The notes under the pieces: generated by a model
The model's database searches: none
What the model was told of the DNA's origin: nothing
The model's input: only the letters and a program-made list of their open reading frames with translations
Position numbers and translations under genes: made by a program
From: a virus
Direction: 5' to 3' (one strand)
Virus record (IMG/VR): IMGVR_UViG_3300029120_000055
DNA: 17,260 nucleotides
Part shown: one piece after another, positions 13,676 through 17,260 of the stretch
Numbering within the stretch: position 1 is the stretch's first letter
Layout of the letters: every line of letters starts with the position of its first letter

Positions 13676-16668
13676 CGAATAAATTGAACACCAAGGACAC
13701 CGGCAGATACCGTGCCAAGCGTTCCAAGGCTCTTCGTGATTGTCTGGATAACGCCAGACATATCCGTCAAGAGGTCAATTACATTCTTAATCGTTCGCGT
13801 ATCATAAAGATTCTGAGCGACACCAACCCAAGTTTCTTTCAGCGCATTCAACTTGAATACGATGGAGTCTTGGGCACGCTCCAACTCTTTTGACGCGCTG
13901 CCAGCAGAACCGGCCATAGCGTCCATAGCATTCTCTGCCTGCTTAAAGTTTGAGATAAGTGCCGCACCGACCTGGGCGCGTTGCTTGCCGAATAGCTTTT
14001 CGAGCAACTGCGCTCGATTTTTATCGCTGATTTCATTCCAGATATCTGCAATATCTTTCAGAATATCATAAGTAGAACGATAAGTGTTTGGATCGTCGGC
14101 CTCAAACAAGCTGATTCCCTGATTATTATTGCTTGCTACTTTCGTCAAGTTAGCAATATCGCCTGTGATTTCCTTGAGGTCATCAGAATATGTTTCAGTT
14201 TCCTCGTCGTAACCTCTCAGGCGCATAGAAATTGTCTTCAAGGCATTGCCGACCTGCGAAGAATCTCTCGTAATCTCCGTAGCCGCAGTAGCCAACGCGA
14301 CAGTCTGCTCAAACGTGTTATTGGCCGCAGCCATTGCGGATGACGATCTAGTAAGTGAATCAACAATATCAGCATTCGATACAGCAAAATTGTTGCCGAC
14401 TTCGTTTATCTTAGAAATAATTCCGTCAAGAGAATCGTTAACGTCCAACTCCTTGAACGCCTTCAGCATACTGACAAGACCATCAGTTGCCTCGGTCAAA
14501 TCAAGATCTTCAGACACCGCAGAGAAAATAGCAGAGTTCCGTGACAACGTAGACGCCTCGTCAAGCGAGTACCCCAGACGTGCCCAGTCTGCTGTCTGCT
14601 GAATGATGTCCTTTGTAGACGCACCGAGTTCCTTAGCAGTCTGGTTCGCCGTATAATAGAAACTGCGATACTGCTCTTCCGTCGCATCAGTCGTTTTCTT
14701 CAGGTCAATAAGCGCATTATCGAGGTCTTTAACAACATCGAATCCCTCTCTGAGCGTTTGCCACGTCTTAAAGATAATAGTTGTTGCGCCAATCCACTGA
14801 GAAACCTTAGCGAGGTTGTTCTTGAAAACATCACCAAGTGATAGTGTATCTTTACCAGCGGCTTTAACCTCAGCGCGGAATGCGCTTAACTGTGCTTTCC
14901 ACTTTGAGAAATCGGCTTGGCTGTTTACACGGCCAAGACTGACTTTCAACTGGTTGAGTTGCGCGTTAAGACCGGGGTCGTTTTTAAGCGCGCTCCACTT
15001 TGTTTCAATCGTGATTAGGTCTTGCTTCGCTTTGGCAAGCCCAGACTCAAAACGAGAATCGGCAACATCAAGCCTCGACAATTTTTCGAAATGCATTACC
15101 TCGGACGTGCAATCCTCTAAAATTTGACGGAGCTTTTCATAAGCGGCTATTTTGCCTTGGTCATCTAGCTTGCCACCGTTAACTGCTTTAAGTTGCCTGT
15201 CCAATTCTGCGATATTTCCAGCGAGTTCTTTTGACGGATTCCCAAGAGCAGAAAACCGTGCCTGAAGTTCCGCAACCTTTTGCGGCATAGATGCCATCTC
15301 TTTATTGATATACGCAACAGCATCTTTTACGCGGCCTTCTGCAACAGCAAGTTCATAGTTTTGTTGGACAATCTTTTCGCCATACTGTGATCGTGCTTTT
15401 GCAGCAGCAACGACTTCTGGCGCAAGATGAGCTTGAGTCGTGATTTCTTGCGTAATTTTTGCTTGCTCTGCTTTAACACGAGCCAGCTCCGTCGCCATAA
15501 TCTGATACTCTTCAGTCCCACGACTCGTTCTGGTCATTTTCTTGCTTATTTGCGTAGCTCTGCCACGAGCTGAAAGCAAGGAATCGTATTTCTGAATAAC
15601 GCCAGCGACCTGAGCATCAAAACTCTTGACCTCAGCACTCAGAGTGCTAAATTGATTAAGATATTTTGTCAATGCGGCTCCATCCGAAGCCCCACTCAGC
15701 TCGTTATGAAGCCTATCAATTCTGGATGCAAAATCTTGCGTCAAATTGCCCACATTTGCGAGTTTTGCTTTATAGGCATCTAACTTGGACAATTCCTCAT
15801 CTCGAATCGTCACAACATCTTTCGTGCGCAACTTTGTCGGAGCGCGCTCTAATGTACGATACGCTTCACCAAGCGCTTTTGCATTGGCAATGAGTTCGAC
15901 GATCTCTCTCTGTTGCTCTCCACTCAGTGCACCGCTTGCAGCTTTAAGTGCATCAATTTTATTGTTGATTTCTGTAACCTTAGCACCAAACGATTCAAGT
16001 CTCGTCTGGTCAACAATCGGTTTCTGCGAACTCTGGCCAGTGTAAGAAGCATTGATTTTATTTATCTCAATTTGCTGTTTTGATAGAAAATTCAAACGAG
16101 ACTGGTTGTCTTTTTCGACCTGCTTGGCTAATGCCGCAGCAGACTTGCGTTGTTGCTCCAAATTGAGCGTAACGTTTGTCATCGTTGTGCTGATTTCTTG
16201 TGTTTCCGCATCATACGTCTGCAAATAAGAAACAGCCTTACCAGTCTCATCTGTCCCCTGAATTGTTAACGCTAAAAGTTGGCGTTCACTATCAGCTACC
16301 TGTTTCCAACTACCACTAACTCTATCAATACGAATGCCCATCTTGTCGATTTGCTCGACCATGCTATTCGTAATTGACGAATCGACGTGCAGGCTACCAA
16401 GTTTCGTTTGCAATTTTGCAATCGACTCTTTGTCTAGCCCCAACTTGACGCCGACTTTATTGGCGGCGACCTTTTGATTGATTTTTTGTACAAATGCACC
16501 TGCCTGCGCACTAACTGCACTATCGTCAAGCGCGATTCCGACTTTGATTTTGCTTGACTGATTTACCTTGTCGGAGATGCTTGGCAGTTGTGCTGCTATC
16601 CGTCTTGATGACGCTTCTTCATCTGCCTCAAGTACACTTGTTACGACAACTTCCAATTCATCGCTCAT
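13591..16668 (-). CDS. Tail tape measure protein (TP901-family core); the 3' end of the ORF reads into the structured RNA
   Basis: ATG 16668 is preceded by GAGGTGG. The first ~640 aa are Ala/Gln/Lys-rich coiled coil. The canonical tape-measure core follows at about 14735-14215: ALIDLKKTTDATEEQY...AKELGAS...LGYSLDEAS...ATDGLVSMLKAF...NEVGNNFAVSNADIVDSL...ATEITRDSSQVGNALKTISMRLRG. Next come ...LFGKQRAQVGAAL... and the hydrophobic LGTLGTVSAGVLGV. The final ~25 codons (GRPKMTGSHDVPTYALVVTRNELAA*) lie in hairpin-rich sequence. Confidence 0.9.
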   Translation of the reverse strand: MSDELEVVVTSVLEADEEASSRRIAAQLPSISDKVNQSSKIKVGIALDDSAVSAQAGAFVQKINQKVAANKVGVKLGLDKESIAKLQTKLGSLHVDSSITNSMVEQIDKMGIRIDRVSGSWKQVADSERQLLALTIQGTDETGKAVSYLQTYDAETQEISTTMTNVTLNLEQQRKSAAALAKQVEKDNQSRLNFLSKQQIEINKINASYTGQSSQKPIVDQTRLESFGAKVTEINNKIDALKAASGALSGEQQREIVELIANAKALGEAYRTLERAPTKLRTKDVVTIRDEELSKLDAYKAKLANVGNLTQDFASRIDRLHNELSGASDGAALTKYLNQFSTLSAEVKSFDAQVAGVIQKYDSLLSARGRATQISKKMTRTSRGTEEYQIMATELARVKAEQAKITQEITTQAHLAPEVVAAAKARSQYGEKIVQQNYELAVAEGRVKDAVAYINKEMASMPQKVAELQARFSALGNPSKELAGNIAELDRQLKAVNGGKLDDQGKIAAYEKLRQILEDCTSEVMHFEKLSRLDVADSRFESGLAKAKQDLITIETKWSALKNDPGLNAQLNQLKVSLGRVNSQADFSKWKAQLSAFRAEVKAAGKDTLSLGDVFKNNLAKVSQWIGATTIIFKTWQTLREGFDVVKDLDNALIDLKKTTDATEEQYRSFYYTANQTAKELGASTKDIIQQTADWARLGYSLDEASTLSRNSAIFSAVSEDLDLTEATDGLVSMLKAFKELDVNDSLDGIISKINEVGNNFAVSNADIVDSLTRSSSAMAAANNTFEQTVALATAATEITRDSSQVGNALKTISMRLRGYDEETETYSDDLKEITGDIANLTKVASNNNQGISLFEADDPNTYRSTYDILKDIADIWNEISDKNRAQLLEKLFGKQRAQVGAALISNFKQAENAMDAMAGSAGSASKELERAQDSIVFKLNALKETWVGVAQNLYDTRTIKNVIDLLTDMSGVIQTITKSLGTLGTVSAGVLGVQFIRSVGRPKMTGSHDVPTYALVVTRNELAA

Positions 16669-16686
16669 TAAATCACCACCTCGTTA

Positions 16687-17217
16687 TTAAAATATATCGT
16701 CTAAATTCTCGCAAGAGCTTCCAGTTATTCTCGACTTGATGCCTTGGCGCTTCAATCCATTTTGCAAAGCTATAACATGAGATCCAACGTATCGAAGATG
16801 CCGAATCGTAGCCTCAGTAAACGGCCTTGGGTTCATATATGCGCCTTTAGACTGAAAATTATATTTATAGCCCCAACGGTTGTTATTGCCATACTCAATT
16901 AGTTCCGGAAGACTTTTACCAACCGTAACCCGATCTCGATTAAGCACACCTCCCGGATTGGGATCAGTTATATTGATAACGCGCAACACACCATTCGTGG
17001 CCTTTCCGCCTTTCATTATGATGTTCCCCTTATCAGCAAGACCACCCATGTCGCCACGTCGCTCGTACATGAGAGGTCTATATGTATCGTAGACCTTTTC
17101 ATCGATGGAGAATGCTTCTACATCTACGACAACCTGATATACCTCTCTGGAAAGCGCGGAGTCAATTTTAGGTTTTAATTGCTTATTTGCATAAGCAAGC
17201 GCATCTTTGATATTCAT
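16687..17217 (-). CDS. HK97-gp10-like neck or tail-completion protein (tentative)
   Basis: I prefer ATG 17217 (MNIKDALAYA...), which is preceded by AAGGTGGTGGG. The motifs YRPLMYERRGDMGGLAD and LPELIEYGNNN...PRPFTEATI resemble the HK97 gp10 family pattern (..vEyG....PrPF..). Its N-terminus and RBS lie in the terminal overlap and so also appear at 1-56. Confidence 0.65.
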   Translation of the reverse strand: MNIKDALAYANKQLKPKIDSALSREVYQVVVDVEAFSIDEKVYDTYRPLMYERRGDMGGLADKGNIIMKGGKATNGVLRVINITDPNPGGVLNRDRVTVGKSLPELIEYGNNNRWGYKYNFQSKGAYMNPRPFTEATIRHLRYVGSHVIALQNGLKRQGIKSRITGSSCENLDDIF

Positions 17218-17260
17218 AGCACCCACCACCTTATGTTAAAAATGTGGGAGCGCCTTATGG
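17162..17260. repeat. Terminal overlap: identical copy of 1-99
   Basis: Exact 99-nt identity with the start of the window. Confidence 0.95.

Noticed and set aside
13741-13759. A perfect 7-bp hairpin, UGUCUGG-CGUUAU-CCAGACA, in the tape-measure coding sequence, considered as P1 of the second intron.
   Set aside because: It has no U.G wobble, and the surrounding translation (DMSGVIQTITKSLG) looks like genuine TMP sequence. The evidence is too weak to move the 5' splice site here.
13127-13893. Plus-strand ORFs 13127..13417, 13442..13645 and 13522..13893 in the gap after the tape measure.
   Set aside because: They have no RBS and odd composition. They overlap hairpin-rich sequence whose conserved intron-like motifs read on the minus strand.
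1-17260. A search by eye for tRNA or rRNA genes, CRISPR repeat-spacer arrays, an integrase with att sites, and tnpA (the Y1 transposase).
   Set aside because: I noticed no evenly spaced short direct repeats, no cloverleaf-like candidates and no rRNA-like stretches. No ORF has integrase or HUH-transposase motifs. The TnpB element therefore appears non-autonomous.

Overview
The first 99 nt of this 17,260-nt window are identical to the last 99 nt. It therefore reads as a closed circular element of about 17,161 bp, most likely a small siphovirus-like phage or phage-derived element. A Firmicutes/Clostridia-type host is only an inference.

Almost all genes lie on the minus strand. In transcription order they are:
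- an HK97-gp10-like neck protein;
- a TP901-type tail tape measure (TMP, 1025 aa);
- a second TMP-like coiled-coil ORF (734 aa);
- a Dit-like protein with an Ig-like C-terminus, then three further virion-type proteins;
- a Cys4 zinc-finger protein, a RuvC-like resolvase, a ClpP-family protease, a PhoH-like ATPase and an acidic chaperone-like protein.

The most interesting feature is that the tape-measure region is split into three open frames by two intervening elements.
1. About 6550-8317 (minus strand) is an IStron. A group I ribozyme core carries the classical P/Q/R/S elements, with P4 and P7 pairing and GNRA/UUCG-capped helices. It is fused to an intact tnpB and a structured omega-RNA-like tail. 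It sits in the same orientation as the interrupted TMP-like gene. The downstream frame has no start signal of its own.
2. About 13200-13675 (minus strand) is a second, ORF-less structured RNA. Its Q-P6-R block closely parallels the IStron ribozyme and it has an S-like motif. It begins where the 1025-aa TMP frame runs out.

Between element 2 and the start-less 734-aa frame lies a visibly AT-richer accessory island of about 2.7 kb with its own sigma70-like promoters. It encodes a 2-TM membrane protein, a small basic protein, a convergent multi-zinc-ribbon protein and two small ORFs.

I could not recognise a terminase, portal, major capsid or replication gene by eye. No tRNA, rRNA or CRISPR array was seen. 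All product calls come from motif reading only, because no searches could be run.
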